Positions 37,591 through 47,285 of a stretch of 64,000 bases of DNA are shown here, piece by piece. The DNA is taken from the NCBI GenBank assembly GCA_031550085.1, contig JAVBOY010000015.1:27429-91428 (forward strand). Reading direction: 5' to 3'. The translations under genes and the position numbers were made by a program. Position 1 is the first letter of the stretch. Each line of letters opens with the position of its first letter. The DNA comes from Lentimicrobiaceae bacterium (GTDB lineage Bacteria > Bacteroidota > Bacteroidia > Bacteroidales > UBA4417). The notes below the pieces were generated by a model that saw only the letters and a list, made by a program, of their open reading frames with translations, had not been told where the DNA came from and searched no databases.

Positions 37591-39150
37591 ATGGCAGGAT
37601 ATAAAGAAACGCCTCGGCAGAAGATGATAGGTATGATGTACCTCGTACTTACCGCTTTGCTGGCATTAAATGTATCTGTAGAAATCCTGAATTCATTTGT
37701 TGTCGTAAATGAAAGCATGGAAACTACAAATGCGACATTAAACAGCAAAACAGATTTATTATATCGGCAGTTTGAGCAAGCCAATGAACGCGACCCGGCT
37801 AAAGTCGGACCCTTTTGGACAAAGGCTCAAGAAGTTCAAAAACTATCCCAGGGAATCAAAGACTATATCACCCAAATGAAATGGGAGATCATTGCCAAAG
37901 AAGATAAAAAAACCATTGAGGAAGCAAAAACCCTTCCTCTTTCACAAGTAGAAGCTAAGGATAAGTACGACGAATGTACCAACTACTTCTTTGGGATGTC
38001 GCAAGACGGATCGGGTGGAAAGTCAAGCGAACTAAAAAAGAAAATTGATACCTACAAACAGGCCGTGATGGATTTGCTGCCCGAGAATTCCCGTGGAAAA
38101 ATCCGCCATGGATTAGATACCAAAGGCCCCTATAAAGACAAAGACGGGCTAACTCAAAACTGGGAGCAACACAACTTTTATCACACCATTTTGGCTGCTA
38201 ACGTTGTTATTTTGAATAAACTGGTTGCCGATGTTTCCAATTTGGAAGTGGATGCCGTAATGGAACTGCAAAACTCGATCTCCGCTGCCGACTTCAAAAT
38301 CGACCAAGTGGATGCAACCATCGTACCCAAGAGTCAGTACGTATTTACCGGAGAAACTTTTGAGGCAGATATTTTCTTAACTGCAAAAGATACCAAATCG
38401 ACATTTACGGCAAATCTTGGCGGCCGCGGACTGGTTAGCAACATGGGTATTGCAAAATATACCGCAGTAGCGACCACACCTGGACCTGTTTCGTTAACCG
38501 GTTCGGTAAATGTAAAAGCGCCCGACGGCGAGCTCAAAAGCTATCCGATTAAAGTCGAATACATGGTTGCCCAACCTTCTGCAACCATTTCCGCAACCAA
38601 AATGAACGTTTTGTACATTGGTGTGGATAACCCGATCGAAATTTCGGCAGGCGGTATTTCCAAATCACAAATTTCAGCCGCGATTACCGGAGGAGGAAGC
38701 ATTGCCCGCGAAGGTTCCGACTGGGTTGCAAAAGTCAGCCAACTTGGAAAAGTATCCATTTCAGCATCTGCAAACCTAGGCGGTAGTTCGAAATCCCTTG
38801 GTTCGCGCGAATACCGTGTAAAAAGAGTTCCGCCACCTGTTGCTTACATTGCCAATGCAACCGGGGGGCCTGTTTCCAAAGAAGTACTTTTGGCTTCAGG
38901 AGCCATTATTCCGAAAGCATCCCAGGATTTCGAGTTCGATGTAAACTTTGTAGTGACAAGTTTCTATTTTTCAACCAATGTTGCAGGAGATTTTAAAGGA
39001 GAGCCAGTAAGCGGGAACCGCTTCAACGATAAAATACGGCAAATTATTTCTAACGCAAAAAGAGGCCAAAAGCTGATGTTTGAAGACATTGTTGCTACCG
39101 GTCCCGGAGGAAGTCAAAAGTTAAATTCCGTAGTGCTTACAATACAATAG
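37591..39150 (+). CDS. gldM: T9SS/gliding motor protein GldM (PorM)
   Basis: 519-aa ORF. The N-terminus is MAGYKETPRQKMIGMMYLVLTALLALNVS, the conserved single TM. A long periplasmic region follows. Confidence 0.88.
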   Translation: MAGYKETPRQKMIGMMYLVLTALLALNVSVEILNSFVVVNESMETTNATLNSKTDLLYRQFEQANERDPAKVGPFWTKAQEVQKLSQGIKDYITQMKWEIIAKEDKKTIEEAKTLPLSQVEAKDKYDECTNYFFGMSQDGSGGKSSELKKKIDTYKQAVMDLLPENSRGKIRHGLDTKGPYKDKDGLTQNWEQHNFYHTILAANVVILNKLVADVSNLEVDAVMELQNSISAADFKIDQVDATIVPKSQYVFTGETFEADIFLTAKDTKSTFTANLGGRGLVSNMGIAKYTAVATTPGPVSLTGSVNVKAPDGELKSYPIKVEYMVAQPSATISATKMNVLYIGVDNPIEISAGGISKSQISAAITGGGSIAREGSDWVAKVSQLGKVSISASANLGGSSKSLGSREYRVKRVPPPVAYIANATGGPVSKEVLLASGAIIPKASQDFEFDVNFVVTSFYFSTNVAGDFKGEPVSGNRFNDKIRQIISNAKRGQKLMFEDIVATGPGGSQKLNSVVLTIQ

Positions 39151-39183
39151 CCTATCAACCCGTTAAAAGAATTAAAAGTGATT

Positions 39184-40038
39184 ATGAAAACCCTGAAATT
39201 GTTCGTTTTATTTGTAGTGGTATTGCTTGTTGGAAGCGCTGCCGCCCAACAAATAACCAATACGCCCCCCCGGGATGGAGCTTATGATAAAATAGCTACG
39301 CCTGAGAAAAAACCCATTGCTTACCCTTACCTCCGGCAGGCAGATGTTATGTGGGAGAAAAGGGTATGGCGGATTATCGACGTGGAGCAAAAAATGAATC
39401 AGTCGTTCTTTTATCCGGAAGTGCCGCACAATAATTGGAAGAATTTTATGACGGTCATTATCGATGCGTTAAAGGAAGGAACAATCACAGCCTACGAAGC
39501 CGGAACGCCGGGAGATGATTTCTCGGTTCCGTTGACCTATAAGGGGTTACTGGAAAAAATCGAGAAGGCGGATACACAACAACTCCAAAGGCCTTATCCT
39601 CCCTACGATTGGTACGATACAATCATTCAAAAAAAACTTAATTCTGCAGAAGTGAAGCGTTTCCGTATCAAGGAAGATATGATTTTTGATGCACAACGTT
39701 CACAAATGATTTTCCGGATTATTGGTGTTTGTCCCGTACGCCAACGTTATTCCGATGCAGGTGAATACCGCGGTGATGAAGAACTGTTCTGGATAAATTT
39801 TGCGGAAGCCCGTCCGGTTTTTGCGAAAGCGGAAGTATTCAACCGCCAAAATTCCGCATCGAAAATGACTTACGACGACCTCTTCTGGAAACGGTTTTTC
39901 AGCAGTTATATTTACAAAATAGATAACGTGTACGACCGGCGTATCGCAGAATATGCCACCGGCATTGATATTATGCTGGAGTCGGAACGCATCAAAGAAG
40001 AACTCTTTAATTTTGAACAGAATCTTTGGGAGTACTAA
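39184..40038 (+). CDS. gldN: T9SS/gliding periplasmic ring protein GldN (PorN)
   Basis: Signal peptide MKTLKLFVLFVVVLLVGSAAAQ. It is the last gene of the K-L-M-N set. WEKRVWRIIDVEQKMNQSFFYP is typical of GldN. The ORF-track start at 39178 is GTG, so the ATG at 39184 is used. Confidence 0.85.
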   Translation: MKTLKLFVLFVVVLLVGSAAAQQITNTPPRDGAYDKIATPEKKPIAYPYLRQADVMWEKRVWRIIDVEQKMNQSFFYPEVPHNNWKNFMTVIIDALKEGTITAYEAGTPGDDFSVPLTYKGLLEKIEKADTQQLQRPYPPYDWYDTIIQKKLNSAEVKRFRIKEDMIFDAQRSQMIFRIIGVCPVRQRYSDAGEYRGDEELFWINFAEARPVFAKAEVFNRQNSASKMTYDDLFWKRFFSSYIYKIDNVYDRRIAEYATGIDIMLESERIKEELFNFEQNLWEY

Positions 40039-40066
40039 GCCTCTCGGATTTTTGAAAACTAATAAA

Positions 40067-40100
40067 AAGGCTGTAAGTACCTTCATCTTACAGCCTTTTC
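40067..40100 (+). terminator. Intrinsic terminator ending the gldKLMN operon
   Basis: aaggctgtaag (40067-40077) pairs with cttacagcctt (40087-40097) in an 11-bp perfect stem with a 9-nt loop, running into ttttc. Confidence 0.75.
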
Positions 40101-40200
40101 TCATTCTTAGCCTCGTTCAGCCGGCGTTTAAACTTAGCTCAATTCTCTTCGATCAAGCATTTGCCTTTTCCCTCTAACTTTATGCCTTTTAAAACAAATT

Positions 40201-40836
40201 ATGGCGAAATCGAAAAATAAGTTTTACGTAGTTTGGGAAGGATTCGAACGGGGGATTTTTACCTCATGGGATGATTGCAAAAAACGGATTGAAGGGTACC
40301 AAGGGGCCAAATACAAAGGATTTGAAACGCTGTCCGAGGCCAAACTGGCATTTTCCCGTACCTATATCGATTATTACGGAAAAACAGAACCGACCGCAAA
40401 ACAAGTTGTATTAAAGCAAAAAGTGGGCAAGCCGATTATCCCCAGTATTAGCGTGGATGCCGCTTGCAGTGGGAATCCCGGAGCATTGGAATACCGAGGG
40501 GTTTACACTCAAACCGGAAAAGAGATTTTCCGGCAAGGCCCATTCCCTTTAGGAACCGTCAATATCGGAGAGTTTCTGGCCATTGTCCACGCATTGGCCT
40601 GGATGAAACAAAACAACCTGGACCTGCCGCTTTACAGCGATTCGGTCAATGGAATGCTATGGGTAAAATTGAAACGGGTAAACACCAAACTGGAACGGAA
40701 TGCCAAAAACGAACAACTGTTCCAATTAATCGAACGTGCTTTGGTTTGGCTGCATAACAACAGCTATTCAACTAAAATATTGAAATGGGAAACCGAAGCC
40801 TGGGGAGAAATTCCCGCTGATTTCGGGCGGAAATAA
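40201..40836 (+). CDS. RNase H1-type ribonuclease with N-terminal hybrid-binding (viroplasmin/Cauli_VI-like) domain
   Basis: 211-aa ORF. The N-terminal hybrid-binding domain is KFYVVWEGFERGIFTSWDDCKKRIEGYQGAKYKGFETLSEAKLAF. The RNase H core follows, with acidic residues in VDAACSGNPG, GEFLAIVHAL and LYSDS. Confidence 0.8.
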   Translation: MAKSKNKFYVVWEGFERGIFTSWDDCKKRIEGYQGAKYKGFETLSEAKLAFSRTYIDYYGKTEPTAKQVVLKQKVGKPIIPSISVDAACSGNPGALEYRGVYTQTGKEIFRQGPFPLGTVNIGEFLAIVHALAWMKQNNLDLPLYSDSVNGMLWVKLKRVNTKLERNAKNEQLFQLIERALVWLHNNSYSTKILKWETEAWGEIPADFGRK

Positions 40837-40849
40837 AGTCTTTCCCTTC

Positions 40850-42595
40850 TTACAAGGTTACTCTCAGGTTCAATTCTTTCAATTGTTCGTCGGTGATGGC
40901 TGAAGGGGCATCCATCATCACATCGCGGCCCGAATTGTTTTTCGGAAAGGCAATGCAATCGCGAATGGAATCCAATCCGGCAAACAGCGATACAAACCGA
41001 TCCAAACCAAAAGCAATTCCACCATGCGGCGGAGCGCCAAATTTGAAGGCATTCATCAAAAATCCGAATTGTGCTTGCGCCATCTCGTCCGTAAATCCGA
41101 GCACCTGGAACATTTTCTTTTGCAACTCGCTGTTGTGAATCCGGATGGATCCTCCTCCTACTTCCACACCGTTGATAACCAAATCGTACGCATTAGCTCG
41201 TACGGCTGCCGGATTGCTATCCAACAAAGCAATGTCCTCGGGTTTGGGGCTGGTAAACGGGTGGTGTTTGGCAAAAAAACGGTTTAGCTCTTCGTCTTTT
41301 TCCAACAAAGGAAAATCCACAATCCACAAACACTGGTAATTGTTTTTATCTCGCAAGCCCAAGCGTGAAGCTATTTCCAAGCGAAGTTCGCACAGTTGTT
41401 TCTGTGTTTTTTCGGTTTCCCCGCACAAAACGAAAATCAAATCACCCGGCTTGGCTTGACAGCGTTCCGCCCATTTCTTCAGGTCATCTTGTGCGTAGAA
41501 CTTATCCACCGACGACTTTAAACTTCCATCGGCTTCGTATTTTACATAGACCAAGCCTTTGGCGCCAATTTGTGGACGTTTTACAAATTCAGTCAGCTCA
41601 TCCAACTGCTTGCGTGTATAGTTAGCACAACCTTCGGCGCAAATAGCAGCAACGTATTCAGCGCTATCAAAAACCACAAAATTTTTGCCTCCGGTTAGCT
41701 CTTTTATCTCGACAAACTCCATCGCGAAACGGGTATCAGGCTTGTCCGAGCCGTATTTCTGCATGGCATCGGCATAACTCATCCGTGGGAACTCGGGCAG
41801 GTCGACATTTTTTATTTGCTTGAATAAATGCTTAGTCAATCCTTCAAATAGTTGCAATACATCTTCTTGCTCCACAAACGACATTTCACAGTCGATTTGG
41901 GTAAACTCGGGTTGACGGTCGGCGCGTAAGTCCTCGTCGCGGAAGCATTTTACAATCTGAAAATAGCGGTCAAATCCCGAAACCATCAATAGCTGCTTAA
42001 ACATTTGCGGCGATTGCGGGAGGGCATAAAATTCTCCGGCATTCATGCGAGACGGCACGACAAAATCGCGGGCACCTTCGGGCGTGGAGCCAATCAACAC
42101 AGGGGTTTCCACCTCCAAAAATTGTTTTTCGTCCAAATAGCGGCGTGTTTCGAACGCCATTTGGTGGCGAAGTTCCAAATTTTGGCGCACGGTATGGCGG
42201 CGTAAATCCAGGTAGCGGTATTTCATGCGTAGTTCGTCGCCTCCATCAGTATTGTCCTCAATGGTAAAAGGAGGAAGCTGTGAACTATTCAGGATTTCAA
42301 ATTGATTGACGATTATCTCAATTTCGCCCGTTGAAATTTTCAGGTTTTTATTGCTCCGTTCGGCAACCTTTCCGGTAATGGAAATCACAAATTCACGCCC
42401 CAATTTGCGTGCCGACTCGCAAAGCCCGGCTTGGGTATCCATATTAAAAACCAATTGCGTGATCCCGTAACGGTCACGCAGGTCGATAAAGGTCATTCCA
42501 CCCAAATCGCGCGAACGTTGGACCCATCCGGATAAAATAACTGTTTTCCCTGCATCAGCCAGGGTTAATTCTCCACAAGTGTGCGTACGAAGCAT
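40850..42595 (-). CDS. aspS: Aspartate--tRNA ligase
   Basis: 581-aa [14 protein letters not shown]...[22 protein letters not shown] is the anticodon-binding OB fold. Class II motifs are present ([34 protein letters not shown]). Confidence 0.95.
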   Translation of the reverse strand: MLRTHTCGELTLADAGKTVILSGWVQRSRDLGGMTFIDLRDRYGITQLVFNMDTQAGLCESARKLGREFVISITGKVAERSNKNLKISTGEIEIIVNQFEILNSSQLPPFTIEDNTDGGDELRMKYRYLDLRRHTVRQNLELRHQMAFETRRYLDEKQFLEVETPVLIGSTPEGARDFVVPSRMNAGEFYALPQSPQMFKQLLMVSGFDRYFQIVKCFRDEDLRADRQPEFTQIDCEMSFVEQEDVLQLFEGLTKHLFKQIKNVDLPEFPRMSYADAMQKYGSDKPDTRFAMEFVEIKELTGGKNFVVFDSAEYVAAICAEGCANYTRKQLDELTEFVKRPQIGAKGLVYVKYEADGSLKSSVDKFYAQDDLKKWAERCQAKPGDLIFVLCGETEKTQKQLCELRLEIASRLGLRDKNNYQCLWIVDFPLLEKDEELNRFFAKHHPFTSPKPEDIALLDSNPAAVRANAYDLVINGVEVGGGSIRIHNSELQKKMFQVLGFTDEMAQAQFGFLMNAFKFGAPPHGGIAFGLDRFVSLFAGLDSIRDCIAFPKNNSGRDVMMDAPSAITDEQLKELNLRVTL

Positions 42596-42684
42596 AATAA
42601 AAGATGAGGTAAAATAAATAACTTTCCGGTAATAAACTATTTCTCAAATTATTAATAGTAATTTCTTTGAGAATCAAGAACAGG

Positions 42685-42715
42685 CAAAAGTACGAAGGAA
42701 ATAACAATTTGGCAA
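42685..42715 (-). promoter_or_regulatory. Candidate aspS promoter TTG-N20-TActTTTG
   Basis: The plus strand has caaaagta at 42685-42692 (reverse complement TACTTTTG) and caa at 42713-42715 (reverse complement TTG). The leader is about 80 nt. Confidence 0.6.
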
Positions 42716-42807
42716 TGAAAGAGGCTTGACAGGTTCAAGTTTTACTTCATACCTTTTCTTGTGAATACGGAAACGGAAATCGTTCCTGTGTTTTGAATCT
42801 AATTTTC

Positions 42808-42815
42808 TAAATTTG
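42808..42815 (+). promoter_or_regulatory. -7 box TAaaTTTG upstream of the NdpA-like gene
   Basis: taaatttg overlaps the ORF-track GTG start (42815) and lies 21 nt upstream of the ATG at 42836. Confidence 0.45.
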
Positions 42816-42835
42816 TGGAATATTCTTTACCATCC

Positions 42836-43873
42836 ATGCACTTATTTACCGAATCATCCATCGACAAAATTGCGTTACACCGGGTCGGCAACAAGCTGAA
42901 CAACGAGAATTTACGTATTTCCAAATCGTTGTTGCCGCAGGACGACGAGGTCTGCGAATTGCTTTCGTTGTATTTTTTAACTCCCTTCAAATCCAATGAA
43001 TATTTTAACTTTCACCACGACAGCGATTTGAAATATAACGAAGTGTATGGTTTTGTGTCGGAAATTTTTGAAAATCCGGAAACGCTTTTGGAACAATCCG
43101 GAAATCTTGCCAAGCATTTATTTGAACAAAGTGTTCACCCCAAAATCAAAGGAGGCGAATTTTATACCGTATATTTCAAGGATTGTGTACTTGAGGGCGA
43201 AACGGTGGATGCCGTCGGGCTATTTAAATCGGAAAACAAAGATACATTTCTGAAAGTCCTGCAATCGGATGGTAATTTTGCGATCGAAAGTGAGCAAGGG
43301 ATCAATATTCATAAGTTGGACAAAGGTTGTTTGGTTTTTAATAAAGAGCATGAGAACGGGTATGTGGTGGCTGTGGTGGATAATACCAACAAAGGTATGG
43401 AAGCGCAATACTGGATGGATGATTTTCTGCATGTGCGCCAACGCAAAGACGAATATTACAACACCCAGAATCTTTTGTCGTTGACCAAACATTTTATCAA
43501 AGACGAATTGCCGCAGCAATTTGATATTTCCAAGGCTGATCAGGTAGATTTGATGAACAAGTCGGTGAGATTTTTCAAGGAAAACGACAATTTTGATCTG
43601 GATGATTTTGCCAACGAAGTGATTGCACAGCCTGAAGTAATCGAAAGTTTCCATAAATATAAGAAAGACTTTCAGGAAAATTACGATCTGGAAATTGCCG
43701 ACAACTTTACCATTTCGGAAAGTGCGGTAAAAAAGCAGGCACGTGTTTTGAAAAGCGTGATCAAATTAGACAAAAATTTCCATATTTACGTACACGGCGA
43801 CCGCAACCTGATTGAGCAAGGCGAAGATCAAAAAGGAAAATTCTATAAAGTATATTATAAGGAAGAAATTTAA
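42836..43873 (+). CDS. Nucleoid-associated protein, NdpA/YejK-like (tentative)
   Basis: The protein is about 345 aa from the ATG at 42836. The N-terminal IDKIALHRVGNK resembles the YejK INQIALHQL start. The overall length and the GGEFYTVYF block are compatible. The assignment is from memory of the family pattern only. Confidence 0.6.
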   Translation: MHLFTESSIDKIALHRVGNKLNNENLRISKSLLPQDDEVCELLSLYFLTPFKSNEYFNFHHDSDLKYNEVYGFVSEIFENPETLLEQSGNLAKHLFEQSVHPKIKGGEFYTVYFKDCVLEGETVDAVGLFKSENKDTFLKVLQSDGNFAIESEQGINIHKLDKGCLVFNKEHENGYVVAVVDNTNKGMEAQYWMDDFLHVRQRKDEYYNTQNLLSLTKHFIKDELPQQFDISKADQVDLMNKSVRFFKENDNFDLDDFANEVIAQPEVIESFHKYKKDFQENYDLEIADNFTISESAVKKQARVLKSVIKLDKNFHIYVHGDRNLIEQGEDQKGKFYKVYYKEEI

Positions 43874-43980
43874 TAACAGGGAAAAATCCAAGAACTGTTT
43901 AAATTTACTATACCTACAAAGTTCACAAAGAAAATGATAAAGGGCAACTGAAAAATGTGTCGATACTAAAATAAAATCGA

Positions 43981-45168
43981 TTAGTAAAGCGCAGCTAATC
44001 CGCCTTCAGAAGTTTCTTTGTAGATATCGGGCAAATCGTGGCCGGTTTCCTTCATGGCAATGCAAGTTTTGTCAAAACTAACACGGTGTTTCCCGTCCGA
44101 CAAAACAGCATAAGCGCTGGCATCCATTGCACGGCTGGCTCCGATGGCATTCCGCTCGATGCAGGGAATTTGTACCAATCCGGCAACAGGATCACAGGTA
44201 AGTCCCAAATGGTGTTCCAATCCCATCTCGGCGGCATATTCTACCTGATAGGGCGTCCCTCCGAAAAGTTGCGCCAAAGCGCCCGATGCCATGGCACAGG
44301 CGGTTCCCACTTCGCCCTGGCAACCGACTTCCGCCCCGCTGATGGATGCATTGTGTTTTACCAAATTTCCGATCAATCCGGCCGTTGCCAAGGCGCGTAA
44401 AATTTTTACATCGGAAAAACCGTAAGCGATCTGGGCGTGGTACAATACGGCCGGAACCACTCCACATGAACCGCAAGTGGGCGCCGTCACAATAATTCCC
44501 CCCGAAGCATTTTCTTCGGAAACGGCCAAAGCATAGGCAAAAAGTAACGCCCGTTTCTGCAACGTGCCTTGCGAACTTCTGGCTTTGATATGGTATTGGG
44601 AAGCTTTGCGCGGTAAATGGATAACTCCGGGCAATACACCCTCGTTTTCCAATCCCCGGACAATACTTTCTTTCATGGCAATCCAAATTTCTTCGAGAAA
44701 TTTCCAAATGTCGGAATCTTCCTGTTTTTCAACGTATTCCCAAAGCGAAATTCCGTGCTGGTCGCACCATTTCAAAATAGCAGCCATTTTGTCATGGGGA
44801 TAAATGGAAACAACCTGCGAGGGACTGTTGGCGTCTACGATATCGCCACCGCCTACACTATACACTTCCCAACGATCCGTAACCCGGTCTTTTTCATCCA
44901 AAGCCTCAAATTTCATTCCGTTGGGATGGAAGGGCAAGGATTCGTCCTTCCAAACAATGCTCACTTTACCCGGCTCCCACGAATCTTTTAAGGCTTTATC
45001 GGTCAAGTGGCCTCTCCCCGTTGCCGAAAGACTGCCGTAAAGCGAAATGCGGATGTGGGCAGCTCCGGGATTGCGTTGCTTGAAGATTTCGGCGGCATAA
45101 CGCGGCCCCATGGTGTGGCTGCTCGAAGGGCCCACGCCAATCTTGTATATCTTACGGATGGTTTCCAT
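43981..45168 (-). CDS. sdaA: L-serine ammonia-lyase (iron-sulfur dependent L-serine dehydratase, single chain)
   Basis: It contains METIRKIYKIGVGPSSSHTMGP and a C-terminal Fe-S region (APTCGSCGVVPA, GAEVGCQGEVG). The ORF-track start at 45183 is TTG, so the ATG at 45168 is used. Confidence 0.88.
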   Translation of the reverse strand: METIRKIYKIGVGPSSSHTMGPRYAAEIFKQRNPGAAHIRISLYGSLSATGRGHLTDKALKDSWEPGKVSIVWKDESLPFHPNGMKFEALDEKDRVTDRWEVYSVGGGDIVDANSPSQVVSIYPHDKMAAILKWCDQHGISLWEYVEKQEDSDIWKFLEEIWIAMKESIVRGLENEGVLPGVIHLPRKASQYHIKARSSQGTLQKRALLFAYALAVSEENASGGIIVTAPTCGSCGVVPAVLYHAQIAYGFSDVKILRALATAGLIGNLVKHNASISGAEVGCQGEVGTACAMASGALAQLFGGTPYQVEYAAEMGLEHHLGLTCDPVAGLVQIPCIERNAIGASRAMDASAYAVLSDGKHRVSFDKTCIAMKETGHDLPDIYKETSEGGLAALY

Positions 45169-45196
45169 GCTTTTTGATTTCAAAGGTTAGAATCTA

Positions 45197-45226
45197 TGCA
45201 CAATGACAAAACGAAATCATTGTGCA
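45197..45226 (-). promoter_or_regulatory. Perfect 10-bp-stem hairpin between queA stop and sdaA start
   Basis: tgcacaatga (45197-45206) pairs with tcattgtgca (45217-45226) around a 10-nt loop. It lies 29 nt upstream of the sdaA ATG and 52 nt downstream of the queA stop. No U-tract is present. Confidence 0.5.
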
Positions 45227-45277
45227 AAAGGTATGTGTTGCACCTGTATTTTGATAAAATTGGGATTTTGTTGATTT

Positions 45278-46333
45278 TTAAACAATCAACATGGCATCGC
45301 CGTAGGTGAAAAACTTATATTTCTGCTGAACGGCTTCCTTGTATGCTTTCATCAGGAAATCATACCCTGCAAATGCAGCCACTTGCATCATCATGGGCGA
45401 TTGAGGCAAGTGCAGGTTGGTAATCATCCGGTTGGCAACACTAAAATCGTAGGGAGGGAAAATAAATTTGTTACTCCAGCCTACATAGGGTTTCAACATT
45501 CCGTTAATGGATACGGAGGTTTCGATCGCTTTCATCACTGTAGTGCCCACTGCACACACATTCTTCTTGTTTTCTTTGGCGCGGTTGACAATGGCGCATT
45601 GGTTTTCTTCAATGATCACTTCTTCCGAATCGATCTTGTATTTTGTCAGGTCTTCCACATCAATCGCCCTGAAATTACCCAATCCGGAATGTAAGGTCAA
45701 TTCGGCAAATTCAACACCTTTAATTTCCAAACGTTTCAATAATTCGCGGCTAAAATGTAATCCGGCCGAAGGAGCCGCCACAGCACCAATGTTTTTCGCA
45801 TAAATCGTTTGGTAACGGTCTTTGTCTTCCGGCTCAATTTCGCGCATGCGTTGCAATTCTTCTGGAAGCGGCGTTTTTCCCAATGTTTCGATGGCTTTTT
45901 TAAATTCTTCGTAAGTTCCATCGAACAAAAACCGCAAGGTACGGCCCCGCGATGTCGTGTTGTCAATAACTTCAGCCACCACCGAATCGTCATCGCCAAA
46001 ATAAAGCTTGTTTCCGATACGGATTTTGCGTGCCGGATCTACTAAAACATCCCATAGACGGGCCTCAGCGTTGAGTTCGCGAAGTAAAAAAACGGTAATT
46101 TTCGCTCCGGTTTTTTCCTTCTCTCCCACCAAAAGCGCCGGGAAAACCTTGGTATTATTCAACAAAAAAACATCTCCTTCGTCAAAATAGTCAAGGATAT
46201 CCTTAAAAATTTTATGCTCGATGGTTTGTTCTTTGCGGTTTAAAACCATTAACCGGGCTTCGTCGCGATTTTCGGTTGGATATTGAGCAATAAGATCGTT
46301 GGGTAAATGAAATCGGAACTGTGAAAGTTTCAT
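45278..46333 (-). CDS. queA: S-adenosylmethionine:tRNA ribosyltransferase-isomerase
   Basis: 351-aa ORF. The N-terminus [31 protein letters not shown] and the internal AAPSAGLHF are typical of QueA. Confidence 0.93.
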   Translation of the reverse strand: MKLSQFRFHLPNDLIAQYPTENRDEARLMVLNRKEQTIEHKIFKDILDYFDEGDVFLLNNTKVFPALLVGEKEKTGAKITVFLLRELNAEARLWDVLVDPARKIRIGNKLYFGDDDSVVAEVIDNTTSRGRTLRFLFDGTYEEFKKAIETLGKTPLPEELQRMREIEPEDKDRYQTIYAKNIGAVAAPSAGLHFSRELLKRLEIKGVEFAELTLHSGLGNFRAIDVEDLTKYKIDSEEVIIEENQCAIVNRAKENKKNVCAVGTTVMKAIETSVSINGMLKPYVGWSNKFIFPPYDFSVANRMITNLHLPQSPMMMQVAAFAGYDFLMKAYKEAVQQKYKFFTYGDAMLIV

Positions 46334-46371
46334 GTCTTTTCTTGGGGTAGATCTTTATGAGAAATAAAATG

Positions 46372-46402
46372 CAAAATTAGTGCATTTTTGTGCGGTTGTC
46401 AA
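46372..46402 (-). promoter_or_regulatory. Candidate queA promoter TTGAC-N-TAatTTTG (N20 between TTG and TA)
   Basis: The plus strand has caaaatta at 46372-46379 (reverse complement TAATTTTG) and gtcaa ending at 46402 (reverse complement TTGAC). The -7 box lies 39 nt upstream of the ATG at 46333. Confidence 0.6.
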
Positions 46403-46566
46403 GTGATTTTTTGAATCCATTGCCAATTGGAGAAAGCTAGTTTTCTTTTATATTACAAATATTCTTGCCATTTATAAAAAATATAATGTGGGCTTGCATG
46501 TATCATATGGTGCGCAAAAGTCCGGAAGAAAAAGAAAATTGCAAAAATTCTTCCAAAAGACAGGGC

Positions 46567-46923
46567 TTAAAGGGCTTTTGTATTTTCTTTTACCCGGTAT
46601 TTTACAATCCGGGTAATCAATTCCCAAGGTAAGGGTTGACCGATGGGAAACTGAATACTGCCTTTTGCCCATTTGTAAGGAATTAGCTCTTTTTCGAAAT
46701 TTGCCACTCCGGACGCGCCGGGATAAAATCCGATGTGTTGTTTGAATGCGGCAAAATGCACCAGATTTTTACCCAGAAAAAATGTAGGCATTCGGTAGCT
46801 GATTTTTTCCGTAGCCGTGGGTGCGGCTTGATGGATTGTTTCACGCAACCGGGTTAAAATTGTTTGTATTTCCTGGGGGAATTGGGCAATGTATTCGTCA
46901 ATATTTTTTGCAGGATTGTTCAT
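46567..46923 (-). CDS. DUF1801 (YdhG-like) domain protein
   Basis: From the ATG at 46923 it reads MNNPAKNIDEYIAQFPQEIQTILTRLRETIHQAAP...YRMPTF...KQHIGFYP, the typical DUF1801 pattern. The ORF-track start at 47025 would overlap the next gene. Confidence 0.65.
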   Translation of the reverse strand: MNNPAKNIDEYIAQFPQEIQTILTRLRETIHQAAPTATEKISYRMPTFFLGKNLVHFAAFKQHIGFYPGASGVANFEKELIPYKWAKGSIQFPIGQPLPWELITRIVKYRVKENTKAL

Positions 46924-46940
46924 CGCAACAGATTTTGAAG

Positions 46941-47252
46941 TTATAATAAGCCGCCAATATATTTGGCTGCCTCGCAGGCAAAATCGAACCACTTTTCTTT
47001 GTAATGAGAAGGCACCTGAACCCATTCTTTCATGGCGCGGCCTTTTCCCGAGGGATCAAACAGCCGGGAACCGTCAAAGCCCAAAGCTTCCTGATGGGTT
47101 TCCCCCTTTAATTTGAACACCATTTCATTTTGAAAAAAACAAATGAACGCTTTCCCGTTTATTTTAAAACAAGGTTTCCCGAACATTTGGCTTTGCTCAG
47201 CTCCGGGGATTTTTGTCCCAATGGCAATATAGAAGCTTTCTTCGTCTGACAT
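46941..47252 (-). CDS. Small conserved hypothetical protein (possibly TfoX N-terminal-like fold)
   Basis: 103-aa ORF with ATG start, packed 17 nt from the DUF1801 gene. MFGKPCFKINGKAFICFFQNEMVFKL resembles the TfoX_N MFGG..+..+G..FA pattern. The functional call is weak. Confidence 0.5.
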   Translation of the reverse strand: MSDEESFYIAIGTKIPGAEQSQMFGKPCFKINGKAFICFFQNEMVFKLKGETHQEALGFDGSRLFDPSGKGRAMKEWVQVPSHYKEKWFDFACEAAKYIGGLL

Positions 47253-47285
47253 GCGAAACGGATTTAATTTTGAAAAATTCTACGG

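Noticed and set aside
44192-44707. 171-aa same-strand alternative-frame ORF inside sdaA
   Set aside because: Its Arg/Gly/Cys-rich composition is typical of out-of-frame translation. The sdaA frame carries the family motifs.
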